A DNA stretch of 64,000 nt from a virus (taxonomy: Duplodnaviria > Caudoviricetes), in IMG/VR virus record IMGVR_UViG_3300032317_000216, positions 64,641 to 128,640 of that record. One strand, 5' to 3'. A model generated the notes under the pieces. The model saw only the letters and a program-made list of their open reading frames with translations, searched no databases and was not told the DNA's origin. Below are positions 20,603 through 30,786 of this stretch, in pieces. Positions within the stretch are counted from its first letter, which is position 1; every line of letters begins with the position of its first letter. Position numbers and translations under genes: made by a program.

Positions 20603-21421
20603 GTGAAGAATTACACTTATCACTTTGAGATAAAAGATCTCATCACTCAATTTGTTAATGCATTTGATAATATTGTTATTAAGCGATTTGATATGAACAG
20701 ATCAGCAAAAAGTAGTATTCAAGTGAGATATGTATATTCACCAAAACAAAGAGTGATGTATGATTTGGTTAATAGAGCTCAAAATTTAACTGTGCCTGTT
20801 GTTGCAATTAGCATTGCAAATGTATCACGTGATGAAAACCGTGTGTTTAATAAAATAGGTGGTTTTTATTATTCTCAAGGCAACACCCTGGCTACTGAAA
20901 CAGCTAAAAGCGATTTCTATAAAAGCCCCGTTCCAGTTAATATTACTATTAACATGTCAATACTGACAAAGTTTCAAACTGATATGGATCAAATTATGTC
21001 AAATTTCATCCCCTACAATAACCCCTATATTATAATATCATGGAAAGTACCTGAAGCTATGGTTGAAGACGGGTTTTCAGTGCCACAGGAAATACGCAGC
21101 GAGGTATTGTGGAACGGATCAATAGCGCTCTCGTACCCCACAGATATAGCTGCTTCTGAAAAGTATAGAATTGTAGGTGATACATCCTTCACCATCAAGG
21201 GATGGTTGTTTGGTGATCCTATATTCCCTGCAAATAATATATTTTATATTGACAGTAATTTTTATAATGTATCAAGCTTGCTTGATACAACATACGATCA
21301 GCTCACTTCTACTTCTTTTACCTACCCTGCTTCTGCAAATCTTACTAACGACCTAGAGACAGTATCGATATCTGCATTCCCTCAAACAACTAATTTTGAT
21401 TATACATTTCAAAACATATGA
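20603..21421 (+). CDS. tail terminator/sheath stabilizer (T4 gp15-like)
   Basis: FDNIVIKR, YSPKQR, PVPVNI, DMDQI and FTIKGWLF motifs. Confidence 0.8.
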   Translation: MKNYTYHFEIKDLITQFVNAFDNIVIKRFDMNRSAKSSIQVRYVYSPKQRVMYDLVNRAQNLTVPVVAISIANVSRDENRVFNKIGGFYYSQGNTLATETAKSDFYKSPVPVNITINMSILTKFQTDMDQIMSNFIPYNNPYIIISWKVPEAMVEDGFSVPQEIRSEVLWNGSIALSYPTDIAASEKYRIVGDTSFTIKGWLFGDPIFPANNIFYIDSNFYNVSSLLDTTYDQLTSTSFTYPASANLTNDLETVSISAFPQTTNFDYTFQNI

Positions 21422-21753
21422 ACTATGTAACATTTACTTCACCTAGCACTGCATACCTTTCTTTTGGTGGTTACTTTTACGACAGACTCGCATTTGTCCT
21501 TTTAAGCTCTACAAACAATACAATGTTTCCTTATATTTGTTCTATAGCATATTTCACTGACAATAAAACTCTTTCCGCTTCTATACCGCCCATATCTGGG
21601 TATCCCTATAATAACTACTTTATACAGGGGGAGAATAAGCTTGTTATATATTTATCCAACCTGCCCGGACCTGGTGTATACGATGTTATTGTAGGTAATG
21701 CTGCAGGTTACTCTAAATTATCCACTAAAAACTATCTTATATCAACATATTAG
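21418..21753 (+). CDS. hypothetical virion-associated protein (Ig-like C-terminus)
   Basis: GVYDVIVGNAAGYS; lies within the structural module. Confidence 0.5.
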   Translation: MNYVTFTSPSTAYLSFGGYFYDRLAFVLLSSTNNTMFPYICSIAYFTDNKTLSASIPPISGYPYNNYFIQGENKLVIYLSNLPGPGVYDVIVGNAAGYSKLSTKNYLISTY

Positions 21754-21779
21754 ATAGATATTTAAAAGATTTAGTATAT

Positions 21780-21787
21780 CATAAATA
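21780..21787 (+). promoter_or_regulatory. T4-like late promoter (representative of many (T/A/C)ATAAATA / CATAAGTA sites)
   Basis: CATAAATA 7 nt before the portal ATG; similar motifs precede gp15, gp13, gp21, 28570, 41333, 51088, 52167, 53248, 55888 and 59759. Confidence 0.75.
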
Positions 21788-21794
21788 ATACTAT

Positions 21795-23573
21795 ATGGCG
21801 GACTCTAATCGCGAATCTACGTTCGGCAGAGACTTAATGAAGTTTGTCTCTTCAAAACTTCCATATCAACAAGTTGATGTTAACGATAAAATAAACACTC
21901 TCAACCCCAAGTACGAGGTTTTTTATGATCAAGGTACAAAAAGAGCTGATGCCCTGGCTAGACAGTCAATATCTAATACAACCTTTTATACTGATGATCT
22001 GTTTGGTAATGTCTTACGTGATAAGAACTATCACGAATTCATGTATGCAAACGTACAGCCTGATAAAATACGCCGACTCATGGATTACAGAGTCATGGCT
22101 GCTTTTGCAGAAGTTGCAGATGCACTAGATGAAATTTGCGATGAGTTTATTAATAAAGATGAGAATGGTGATATCGTCAAACTTATCTTTAAAGATTCAG
22201 ATTTATCTGAGACACAAAAAACAAAATTAAGAAAAGAATTTCAAAAGTATGTAGGTTTTTTTGATCTTGAGACCAGAGGGTGGGAATATGTTCGTAACAT
22301 GCTTGTAGATGCAGAAATTTATTTTGAGCATATTATTCATAAAAAATATCCTAAAGAAGGCATTCTCGGTGTACTTACCATTCCTTCTGATACTATTGAT
22401 CCTGTTTATGCAAATGTTCAAAATATGAACATCAAAGGATATCTTCTCCGCAAACCAGTTTATGATTTAAAGAACCCTTCTAAAGTTGCCAAGACTGAAT
22501 TAGTACCAATGGATGTAAATCAAGTAACATATATTAATTCAGGAATTTGGAATGAAAACAAAACAGTAAGACTGCCATTCATCGAGAATGCGCGCCGTGC
22601 TTATAGACAGCTATCACTTATAGAAGATGCTATTGTAATTTATCGTTTAGTTAGAGCACCAGAGCGCTTAGTATTCAATGTTGATGTAGGTAACATGGCT
22701 CCACCTAAAGCTGAAGCATATTTGCGCAAGCTTATGACCAATTACTGGTCCAAGAGAACCTTTGATGCAGATCAAGGCGCATCTGTACAAAAGTTTAACC
22801 CACAATCAATGTTAGATAGTTTTTGGTTTGCTAAGAGAGCCGGAAGTGAAGGTACGACTGTACAGTCTTTGCCTGCAGGTCAAAATTTAGGTGAACTTGC
22901 TGATCTACTTTATTTTGTTAAGAAATTATATAAAGCTCTTAAAGTACCTACAAGCAGAGTTAATCCTGATGATGTATTTAATGATGGCGCAAACATACTG
23001 AGAGAAGAGCTTAAGTTTGCAAGATTTGTTATTAGATTGCAGCAAAGATTTGCTGCAGGCTTGAAGAGCGGGTTTATTACACAACTAAAACTCAAAGGCA
23101 TTTGGGATGAGATGTCTCTTAGGGATGATTATCTTATCCTTGATTTTAATGTGCCAACTAATTTTTATGAATTGCGCGAAAATCAGAAATTTGAATTAAA
23201 AGCTAATAGCTTTAATACTATCACGCAAAGCGATCTTGTATCCAAGACATATGCACAAAAGAAGTATTTAGGATGGAGCGATTCTGATATCATGGCCAAT
23301 AGAGAGTTCCTTAGAAAAGATAAGGAATTAATGTGGGAATTAGCACAGATAGAAAACGCAGGACCAAATTGGCGCAATGAAGGGGCTACAGTAGCAGCAC
23401 CAGGAGAAATGGGTGGGGGTGCAGGTGCTAGTGCTGCACCTGCAGGTACACCACCAGCTTTTGGACCCACACCAGAAACACCTGGTGAAGCAGAGACTGC
23501 AGCTGGAGGAACTGCTCCAGAAACAGCACCAGAAACAGCTCCTGAAGCTGGCGGATCTGCGCTGCCTACTTAA
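21795..23573 (+). CDS. portal protein (T4 gp20-like)
   Basis: QLSLIEDAIVIYRLVRAPERLVFNVDVGNMAPPKAEAYL, GQNLGE and REELKFARF motifs. Confidence 0.96.
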   Translation: MADSNRESTFGRDLMKFVSSKLPYQQVDVNDKINTLNPKYEVFYDQGTKRADALARQSISNTTFYTDDLFGNVLRDKNYHEFMYANVQPDKIRRLMDYRVMAAFAEVADALDEICDEFINKDENGDIVKLIFKDSDLSETQKTKLRKEFQKYVGFFDLETRGWEYVRNMLVDAEIYFEHIIHKKYPKEGILGVLTIPSDTIDPVYANVQNMNIKGYLLRKPVYDLKNPSKVAKTELVPMDVNQVTYINSGIWNENKTVRLPFIENARRAYRQLSLIEDAIVIYRLVRAPERLVFNVDVGNMAPPKAEAYLRKLMTNYWSKRTFDADQGASVQKFNPQSMLDSFWFAKRAGSEGTTVQSLPAGQNLGELADLLYFVKKLYKALKVPTSRVNPDDVFNDGANILREELKFARFVIRLQQRFAAGLKSGFITQLKLKGIWDEMSLRDDYLILDFNVPTNFYELRENQKFELKANSFNTITQSDLVSKTYAQKKYLGWSDSDIMANREFLRKDKELMWELAQIENAGPNWRNEGATVAAPGEMGGGAGASAAPAGTPPAFGPTPETPGEAETAAGGTAPETAPETAPEAGGSALPT

Positions 23574-23584
23574 TAAATAATTAA

Positions 23585-24673
23585 ATGCCTTGTACAGACA
23601 TCACCCCAATTACAGCTTTTCAAAGCACAAATCTAAACAGTAAGATTTGCTCTTTTAACAGGCTAGGCGAGAGAATTATGAGAGCTCTAGGAGCTCCATT
23701 GATAACAGTTGAAATACATCACGATCAATTGTATGAAAACATAAGTTTAGCGTGTGAGATGTTTTCTAAATTTGCAGGCTATACAGAAGAATATCTTGTA
23801 TTTGATTCTGATCTCTATAAAGATAATAAAGGTCTAAAACTTGACGAGCTCTTTAGTATCACACCGTCCTTTAACAAAGTCATAGATCCTGCAGTACCCA
23901 CTGTCTATGTTGCAAGAGTCTCTATACCTGGAACTACGTTTTCAGCTTCATCGTCTCTTTCTGCAACATATGAAAGTGGTATTTTTAAAAACCAAATATT
24001 TCAATCCACAGCTTATGCCTCAATAACAAGCTTCAGCTCTGCCTTGAGCTCATCATTTGATGCATCAGGTTCAAGAGATTGCAATACTGAAAAATTTGTG
24101 AATAGTTTTGACTATGATACAATGGATTATAGAAAAGTTCTTGAGATTGTAGATTTTGAAGAAGGTTCTTCCAGTGGTGTAAATACTCTGTTTACTATTG
24201 AACAAACTTTGGCCCAGCAAACATATTTCAGCTACGCAATGGGTAATTATGGTTTCGATCTAATCAGCTGGTATGTTCTCAAAAACTGGCTAAAAGATCG
24301 CGAAAAACTACTAGCACAGAAAAGATATTTCACATTTGATCAGAGAACACAATATCTTACATTTTACCCACCACCTCGCACACCTGGCTCAGGGTCACGC
24401 TTCTATGGCATTATTTCCTGTTATGTGGAACGTCCCTTGAGAGACATAATTAAAGAACAATGGGTATATCAATATGCACTGGCATTATCCAAGATAACAG
24501 TTGGCACCATAAGAGGTAAATATCAGGGAACAAATCTATTCGGCGGTGGCACAATAAATGCAGCCATAGCAGAAGATGGCAAAGCTGAAAAAGCACAACT
24601 TGAAGCTACTCTCATGCAACAAGGAGCTGCAGGATTTGGTGATGCTGCACCGCCCATGTTCTTTGTTGGTTAA
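23585..24673 (+). CDS. neck protein (T4 gp13-like)
   Basis: RALGAPLITVEI, WVYQYALAL..G..RGKY...GGGTIN and PPMFFVG C-terminus. Confidence 0.88.
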   Translation: MPCTDITPITAFQSTNLNSKICSFNRLGERIMRALGAPLITVEIHHDQLYENISLACEMFSKFAGYTEEYLVFDSDLYKDNKGLKLDELFSITPSFNKVIDPAVPTVYVARVSIPGTTFSASSSLSATYESGIFKNQIFQSTAYASITSFSSALSSSFDASGSRDCNTEKFVNSFDYDTMDYRKVLEIVDFEEGSSSGVNTLFTIEQTLAQQTYFSYAMGNYGFDLISWYVLKNWLKDREKLLAQKRYFTFDQRTQYLTFYPPPRTPGSGSRFYGIISCYVERPLRDIIKEQWVYQYALALSKITVGTIRGKYQGTNLFGGGTINAAIAEDGKAEKAQLEATLMQQGAAGFGDAAPPMFFVG

Positions 24674-24675
24674 TT

Positions 24676-25134
24676 ATGTTACCTCTTAAAAGAGATGAAA
24701 AGTATCGCCAAGGTATTTTCACACCTGTAAATAAATCTAAATACATTGGCAAAGATTTACCTGTGTTTCGATCTGGTTGGGAATTAAAGTTTTTTAGATG
24801 GTGCGATAACAATCCAAATGTGCTTGAATGGGCAAGCGAATCAGTTATTATACCCTACGTGAGCAAGGCGGATGGTAAGGTGCACAGATACTATACAGAT
24901 GGTATTGTTGCAATAAGAGAGGGAAATAATGTAGCAAAGTATATTATTGAAATAAAACCATCATCGCAACTCAGTGTTCCCACTAGTGGTAACAAGAGAA
25001 AAAGCACAATAAACTATGAAAATTATAGGTATTTACAGAATATCTCCAAGTGGGAAGCGGCAAAAAAATGGTGTGATAAGAGAAACATGAAATTCTTAAT
25101 ATTAACAGAAAAAGAGCTAGGTCTTAGAAAATAA
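24676..25134 (+). CDS. head completion nuclease (T4 gp4-like)
   Basis: RSGWELKFFRWCD, WASE..IPY, HRYYTD, IEIKP and KWEAA motifs. Confidence 0.9.
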   Translation: MLPLKRDEKYRQGIFTPVNKSKYIGKDLPVFRSGWELKFFRWCDNNPNVLEWASESVIIPYVSKADGKVHRYYTDGIVAIREGNNVAKYIIEIKPSSQLSVPTSGNKRKSTINYENYRYLQNISKWEAAKKWCDKRNMKFLILTEKELGLRK

Positions 25135-25158
25135 TGCATTCTTTTAATAAATAATCAT

Positions 25159-25818
25159 ATGGCGCTTCGTCTTATAGTGGAGACACCACAAGATAACACA
25201 GACTTCGAATATATCTACGAAGAGAAGAATAATAAAGACCAGCCAAAACTTTTTATTTCTGGCCCTTACATGATGTGTGAAACAGTGAACAAAAATAAAC
25301 GCATGTATTCAAAAGAAGACATGTTTAAAGAAGTTGCAAGATATACAAAAGAGATGGTTGAATCAAAAAGGGCCATGGGGGAGTTGAATCACCCAGAATC
25401 TGCTGATGTGAACCTCGCTAACGCTTGCCATCTTGTTACAAACCTTAAAATGGAAGGCAATTTTGTATATGGAAAATCACAAGTACTATCAACACCGTCA
25501 GGCAAGATAGTTGAATGTCTCATTAAAGACGGTGTGAGTGTTGGCATGTCTTCTAGAGCGCTTGGTGAATTATCAGAGGACAATGGTGTTAATAAAGTAA
25601 CAAACATGAGGCTTATTGCTGTAGATTGTGTTGCCGATCCAAGCTGTCCAAAAGCTTTTGTTAATGGAATTTTAGAGAGTAGACAATATGTATTAAAGAC
25701 AAACGGTGAATTAGAAGAGATGTATGATAGCTTTGCAAAAAGCATTGCAACTCTTCCTAAGCACGATGTTAATACATTTTTAAAGGAACAACTACTCAAA
25801 TTTATAAAAGGATTATAA
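25159..25818 (+). CDS. prohead protease (T4 gp21-like)
   Basis: NKNKRMY, GELNHP, GMSSRALG and DCVADPS motifs. Confidence 0.93.
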   Translation: MALRLIVETPQDNTDFEYIYEEKNNKDQPKLFISGPYMMCETVNKNKRMYSKEDMFKEVARYTKEMVESKRAMGELNHPESADVNLANACHLVTNLKMEGNFVYGKSQVLSTPSGKIVECLIKDGVSVGMSSRALGELSEDNGVNKVTNMRLIAVDCVADPSCPKAFVNGILESRQYVLKTNGELEEMYDSFAKSIATLPKHDVNTFLKEQLLKFIKGL

Positions 25819-25821
25819 TAT

Positions 25822-25998
25822 ATGAATCAAGAAGACAATAGCATTCAACCATCATCTCAAGAAAAGGCTTCCCTTTCTAACTTTATTAGCAATATTTCTC
25901 AAGAAAAGTATGCTGCAGCTAATAAATATTTACAGGAACTACTTGATGCCAAGCTAAAAGCTAGAATTCAAGCAGCTTCTAAAAAAGAAATTTTTTAA
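25822..25998 (+). CDS. small prohead core protein (gp67/gp68-like); absent from the ORF track
   Basis: 58-aa ORF MNQEDNSIQ...KYAAANKYLQELLDAKLKARIQAASKKEIF exactly filling the gp21-gp22 gap. Confidence 0.65.
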   Translation: MNQEDNSIQPSSQEKASLSNFISNISQEKYAAANKYLQELLDAKLKARIQAASKKEIF

Positions 25999-25999
25999 T

Positions 26000-26875
26000 A
26001 TGGAAAAAACAGTAACAGATACTCTTAAAGAAGCAACAAAAGATATCCTAACAGAGGATGTTCTAAAAGAAATCGAAACAGCTTTTAATGCTTCAGTAGA
26101 TCAAAAAGTTAAAATTCACGTAGAAAAAGCTCTTATGGAGCAAGATGAAGATTATAGCAAGAAGCTCGAAAAACTTGTTGAAGCTATTGACACTGATCAT
26201 ACAGCTAAGCTCGACAAAGTTGTAGAAGCTCTTGATGCTGATAGAGCTGAAAAATTAAAACAGGTTGTTAAGAAATACGAAACAGCTCTTCATACTGAAG
26301 CTACTTCTTTTAAGGAAACACTTGTTAATACAATTTCTAGATATCTTGAAAAGTATTTAGATGAAAAACTTCCTCTTGCTGATATTGAGCAAGCTGTTAA
26401 GAACAAAAAAGCTCTTAATATGCTCACTAACTTGAGAGAAGCTCTTGCCGTAGATATGGCTCTCTCTAATGATAGCATTAAAGAAGCTGTAGTGGATGGT
26501 AAGAATAAAATCGATGAAGCTGTACAACAGCTTGAAGCCTCAAATAAGAAGGTAAATGAGCTAACAAATGAGCTCAATAAAATGAGAGCAGATCTCGCTC
26601 TGGAGAAGGTCGTTCAAGATCTTGATTCAGACAAGAAAGTATACATGAAAAAAATGCTTAAAGGTAAATCTGCTGATTTTATTACAGAAAACTTCAAATA
26701 TACATTGGGGCTTTACGAGAAAACCGAAGAAGAGAGACTAACAGGTCTTAAAGAAGAAGCAGTTAAACAAACTGTTTCTGAAAAAGTAGACAGACCTGTT
26801 ATCGCCGAGTCAGTAGAAGAGAATACAGATGAACCTGGATTTAAGAACTACATGACAGAGCTTAGCAAGTACTAA
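26000..26875 (+). CDS. prohead scaffold (T4 gp22-like)
   Basis: Acidic coiled-coil protein between the protease and major capsid genes. Confidence 0.85.
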   Translation: MEKTVTDTLKEATKDILTEDVLKEIETAFNASVDQKVKIHVEKALMEQDEDYSKKLEKLVEAIDTDHTAKLDKVVEALDADRAEKLKQVVKKYETALHTEATSFKETLVNTISRYLEKYLDEKLPLADIEQAVKNKKALNMLTNLREALAVDMALSNDSIKEAVVDGKNKIDEAVQQLEASNKKVNELTNELNKMRADLALEKVVQDLDSDKKVYMKKMLKGKSADFITENFKYTLGLYEKTEEERLTGLKEEAVKQTVSEKVDRPVIAESVEENTDEPGFKNYMTELSKY

Positions 26876-26951
26876 TTTCCTTTTCTTGAGGGTAATCCTG
26901 AACAGAAAAAAATAAAGGTCGACATTATCTCTTTGGAGATTTATAATAATT

Positions 26952-28442
26952 ATGGCAAACATACGTCCTTCACAGTCTTACATCAGTGAAGATCGCGCCA
27001 AACTATTGATTGAGAAGTGGGGTCCAGTATTGGATTACACCTCAAACAATGTTAGAGCGATTGAAGATGATCACACTCGTTTGAACACCGCCATCCTCTT
27101 GGAAAACCAAGAGAAGTGGTGTTTCGAAGCTAGCAACGTCGCTGGTGGAACCCCCGGAGTATTCAGCAACAACACAATTGATGCTGGTGGCCGCGGTAAT
27201 CAGTTCCCTTCCCAGAATGACAGCGCTTATGCTCCTAACGATTCGCGTCTTCCTAAGATCCTCATTCCGATGATTAGACGTACCTTCCCTGAGTTGATTA
27301 CTAACGAAATCGTTGGTGTACAGCCCATGAGTGGCCCAGTTGGTCTAGCCTTCGCCCTCCGCTACAAGTATGAGAGCGATGCACTAGGTTTCAACACAAC
27401 AGGCAACCTCGACGGCTCAGCAACAACAAATCTTAATAATCCTCAGCTACAGTCAGACAGTGACGAGTTGGGATATCAGTATCTAGATACTAGATTCACT
27501 GGTACCTCTTCTGGTTCGCTCTCTGGTAATGCTACTTACTTCCCAATGGTTGATCAGGATCAGGGTGTTGCTCAGTTGCTCGCTAACTTCGAGCTAACAA
27601 GCAAGATTCCTCAGATCGTTGTCAGCTTTGAGAAGACAGCAGTAGAAGCCGGTACACGTAGATTAGCTGCTCGTTGGTCTGTTGAACTCGAGCAGGACTT
27701 GAAGAACATGAACGGTATTGATATCGACACTGAGCTCACAAACGCAATGTCTTATGAGCTACAGGCCGAAATCGATCGTGAAATGATCATCAGAATGATC
27801 CAGACAGCTCTAAACGGTGGCTTCGGCCGCGGTTTCTCTGTTTGGTCTCCTGCTTCCGCAGACGGCCGCTGGCTAGTTGAACGTAACCGTGACTTCTATC
27901 AGAGACTCATCGTTGAGGCTAATCGTATTGCAGTACGCAATCGCCGTGGTTCCGCTAACTTTATCGTTGCGACACCTCGCGTTTGCGCTATCTTGGAAAT
28001 GCTCCCTGAATTTCAGTGGGTACCAGTCCAGGGTAACGTCAATACACAGCCCGTCGGTGTAGCAAAGGTTGGTTCACTTGGTGGTAGGTTCAATGTTTAT
28101 CGTGACACACGTACAGAAGCTCAGTTTGAGCTTGGACAAGGTGGCAATTACAGTGGATCCGGCACATACGGATCCTCTCAGTATCGCACACAGCGTCTAG
28201 AATACGCTCTCTTGGGTTACAAGGGACCAGAGTTCTACGACACTGGTATCATCTACTGTCCGTACATTCCCGTCATGGTACAGAGAACAATTGGACCCAA
28301 TGATTTCGCTCCCCGTGTTGGTCTATTGACCCGCTACGGAGTAGTCGATAACATCTTTGGTGCTAACCTCTACTATCACGTCATCATCCTACAGGGTCTT
28401 GGTGTTGCGTTCCAGCCTGGAACACAATCAGTCTACTTCTAA
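26952..28442 (+). CDS. major capsid protein (T4 gp23-like)
   Basis: LLENQ, GVQPMSGPVGLAFALR, RRLAARWSVELEQDLK, YCPYIP and LTRYG motifs. Confidence 0.97.
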   Translation: MANIRPSQSYISEDRAKLLIEKWGPVLDYTSNNVRAIEDDHTRLNTAILLENQEKWCFEASNVAGGTPGVFSNNTIDAGGRGNQFPSQNDSAYAPNDSRLPKILIPMIRRTFPELITNEIVGVQPMSGPVGLAFALRYKYESDALGFNTTGNLDGSATTNLNNPQLQSDSDELGYQYLDTRFTGTSSGSLSGNATYFPMVDQDQGVAQLLANFELTSKIPQIVVSFEKTAVEAGTRRLAARWSVELEQDLKNMNGIDIDTELTNAMSYELQAEIDREMIIRMIQTALNGGFGRGFSVWSPASADGRWLVERNRDFYQRLIVEANRIAVRNRRGSANFIVATPRVCAILEMLPEFQWVPVQGNVNTQPVGVAKVGSLGGRFNVYRDTRTEAQFELGQGGNYSGSGTYGSSQYRTQRLEYALLGYKGPEFYDTGIIYCPYIPVMVQRTIGPNDFAPRVGLLTRYGVVDNIFGANLYYHVIILQGLGVAFQPGTQSVYF

Positions 28443-28501
28443 AAAAAGTAGTCGGGATTCAACAAAGAAAACACTTTCACCTGGTAAGTCCCAGGAAATT
28501 T

Positions 28502-28535
28502 AAAAAAGGGCCTCTTGCGGGGCCCTTTTTTTTTT
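28502..28535. terminator. Rho-independent (probably bidirectional) terminator after the major capsid gene
   Basis: AAAAAAGGGCCTC-TTGC-GGGGCCCTTTTTTTTTT. Confidence 0.9.
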
Positions 28536-28569
28536 GCAAAAAAACCTCATGTATTGAATAAATATTTGT

Positions 28570-28962
28570 ATGCCTCAAATACGTTTTACTAATACTCTAG
28601 CAAATCCAGCTTCAACAACACCTGAAACATTGAATGTTTCTCTCACTTCAAAAGGTGTAGTTCTTGAAGAACTTGGTGCCAATGTGAAGTTTCTCGTTTT
28701 TCAAGACACCCCTCTTGCATTAACTACAAATTTTCAAACACTTTCAACACCTGAAGGTACAAAGTTTAGAGCTGATACAGCGTACAGTGGTGCTCAGTTT
28801 GGTGTTATATTTAAAGACAATTCTTCCACAATCTTCACATTACTGACAGGTGGAACAAATGGAGCCAACAGAGTTACATATATACTACAGACTGTTGCTT
28901 CTAATGGATATAATTCACAGAGTCTTGCTGATTTCCAGAGACTCTGGAACCTTAACGGTTAA
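28570..28962 (+). CDS. hypothetical late protein (possible capsid decoration)
   Basis: TAAATA upstream; directly follows gp23. Confidence 0.55.
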   Translation: MPQIRFTNTLANPASTTPETLNVSLTSKGVVLEELGANVKFLVFQDTPLALTTNFQTLSTPEGTKFRADTAYSGAQFGVIFKDNSSTIFTLLTGGTNGANRVTYILQTVASNGYNSQSLADFQRLWNLNG

Positions 28963-29883
28963 TTACTGTCTAACAGTCTTAGTAAAGTATTTCCACTTGT
29001 CCCACATGGCACCATTCTGCTTCAAGAGCTCCTGACTGCTGGCCCTAATGGGATTGATATCAATACCACCACGTCTCACATACAAGCAAGACACCATTAA
29101 TTCCTCTGGCTTAACCAAATCATACAAGCGCTTGTAAATGGTCTCACAAATCTCTTCATGAAAATGACATTCATCTCTGAATGAGACAATGTATTGCAAC
29201 AAAGAAGTCTGATTGAGTTGATAAGGACCTTTGTAATGAATATAAACATCCCCCCAGTCCGGTTGAGATGTGACCCTGCAATTACTCTTTAATAACGCTG
29301 AATGAAAGCGCTGCACTTTACTAGAATCACCATCAGTCCAGCCAATCAAAGAAGGATCTTCTTTATACCCTCTTACTTTGATGGAGGTGACATCAATGCT
29401 GTTTTCTAATGTGGGGTAGTTAGCAGTAGAGAATAAAGGTGGATAATAAATTGCATCATCAATAGCTTTTGTGAGCCTGACGCAAACTTTAACTTCTGTT
29501 TCTAGTAATTTGGATAAATCTGCTTCCATTACAGCTTCCAATTGTTGTAATACATTAATAATATTGCCTTGATATGTCTCCATATTGAACGAATTCATGT
29601 AGAGCTTAATAGACTTTGATTCTACAATATATTTGTTAGTAGCAGGGTAAACTACTTTAGCAATAGCGGCAATGGGCATGCCTTCATTAGTCAAGCAAGA
29701 TACTTCATAAGCATTCCAAATATCATAGCCACAGAAAGGGGGACTATCATCAGAAATATCTAAATGCTTTCTGTTATTCTGTCTTGGCTCGCGAACTAAG
29801 AGTGAGGGATCATAGGTACACTTGTACCCAGTTATTTTACCCAGATGTTTTGATATGTTACTGTTATCTAATTCCGTATTCAT
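28963..29883 (-). CDS. queF: NADPH-dependent preQ0 reductase QueF (bimodular type)
   Basis: DIWNAYEVS, IVESKSIKLYMNSF, LKSNCRVTSQPDWG, FHEEICE and RRGGIDINP motifs. Confidence 0.95.
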   Translation of the reverse strand: MNTELDNSNISKHLGKITGYKCTYDPSLLVREPRQNNRKHLDISDDSPPFCGYDIWNAYEVSCLTNEGMPIAAIAKVVYPATNKYIVESKSIKLYMNSFNMETYQGNIINVLQQLEAVMEADLSKLLETEVKVCVRLTKAIDDAIYYPPLFSTANYPTLENSIDVTSIKVRGYKEDPSLIGWTDGDSSKVQRFHSALLKSNCRVTSQPDWGDVYIHYKGPYQLNQTSLLQYIVSFRDECHFHEEICETIYKRLYDLVKPEELMVSCLYVRRGGIDINPIRASSQELLKQNGAMWDKWKYFTKTVRQ

Positions 29884-30451
29884 TAAGTTTTATTTTAATT
29901 GCATGCATGCGTTCTTCCACTGTTCCTTTTAAAATAGTTACCTTGCCCTTCAACCTCTCATCCTTAAGCCAACAATTTTCATACGAATCAATAATTGCAT
30001 CTCTAAATTCTTTATTTGTACTTCTCTCACCATCATCCACAAGCGACACATCATGCGGACTTGGATAAAAAATATGATCATATTTCTTAATATAATTTGT
30101 ATAATACATTAGACCTAAGCTATTGGACACAGGAAAATCTTTTAACCTATTATAGGCAAAATAACTTGTGAACACCATGCCATCCATTATGCAACGATCA
30201 TGCAATATGCCTTGAAATCCAAATCCTTTGTAATTATAAAACAAATTCTCAAATTCTTTGTTAAGAATCAAAGTCTGAGTCACATCATTTGCACCAGTTT
30301 CATTAATGTCTACCCCATACTCGCGTTTAATCAGTCTTGTAACTTCATCAATATAACACAATTTCGAACCATAATGCTCTTTACATTTCTTTAACAGAGT
30401 AGTCTTACCTGAACATTGCGGACCAGTAAAAGTAAATATCATTTGCCCCAC
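29864..30451 (-). CDS. P-loop (d)NMP kinase-like protein (AAA_28)
   Basis: GPQCSGKTT, HDRCIMD and DDGERS motifs. Confidence 0.78.
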   Translation of the reverse strand: MGQMIFTFTGPQCSGKTTLLKKCKEHYGSKLCYIDEVTRLIKREYGVDINETGANDVTQTLILNKEFENLFYNYKGFGFQGILHDRCIMDGMVFTSYFAYNRLKDFPVSNSLGLMYYTNYIKKYDHIFYPSPHDVSLVDDGERSTNKEFRDAIIDSYENCWLKDERLKGKVTILKGTVEERMHAIKIKLNEYGIR

Positions 30452-30786
30452 TTACCATTATATACTATCTCTGCAATAATGCCATACACTGCTGAATCTC
30501 TAAATGCGTCCATAACTGGTTCATTTGCAGAGTTCATAGCTTTTTTCTTCAGCACCAAATTAATCAAACGCTGAATTTTATCATTGAGCCGCACTACTAT
30601 GGCAGATATAGCAGCAAATCTATCTTCTTGCTTTACTAAATCAGAACCAAGAGAAATATTGCCTGGACCATAATCAAACTGTTTCTTGCAAAACGTTTCA
30701 TATAGTTCCGTTTGTATTTTTTGAAACTCCTTGCATGTTTCGGGGAAGTTCTTTTCTACATATTTTACAACATCATCTTTATTCAT
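30439..30786 (-). CDS. DUF1599 / nucleotide-modification-associated domain protein
   Basis: KKQFDYG..NI, RLNDKIQRL and D.F.D..VYGII motifs. Confidence 0.78.
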   Translation of the reverse strand: MNKDDVVKYVEKNFPETCKEFQKIQTELYETFCKKQFDYGPGNISLGSDLVKQEDRFAAISAIVVRLNDKIQRLINLVLKKKAMNSANEPVMDAFRDSAVYGIIAEIVYNGKWGK

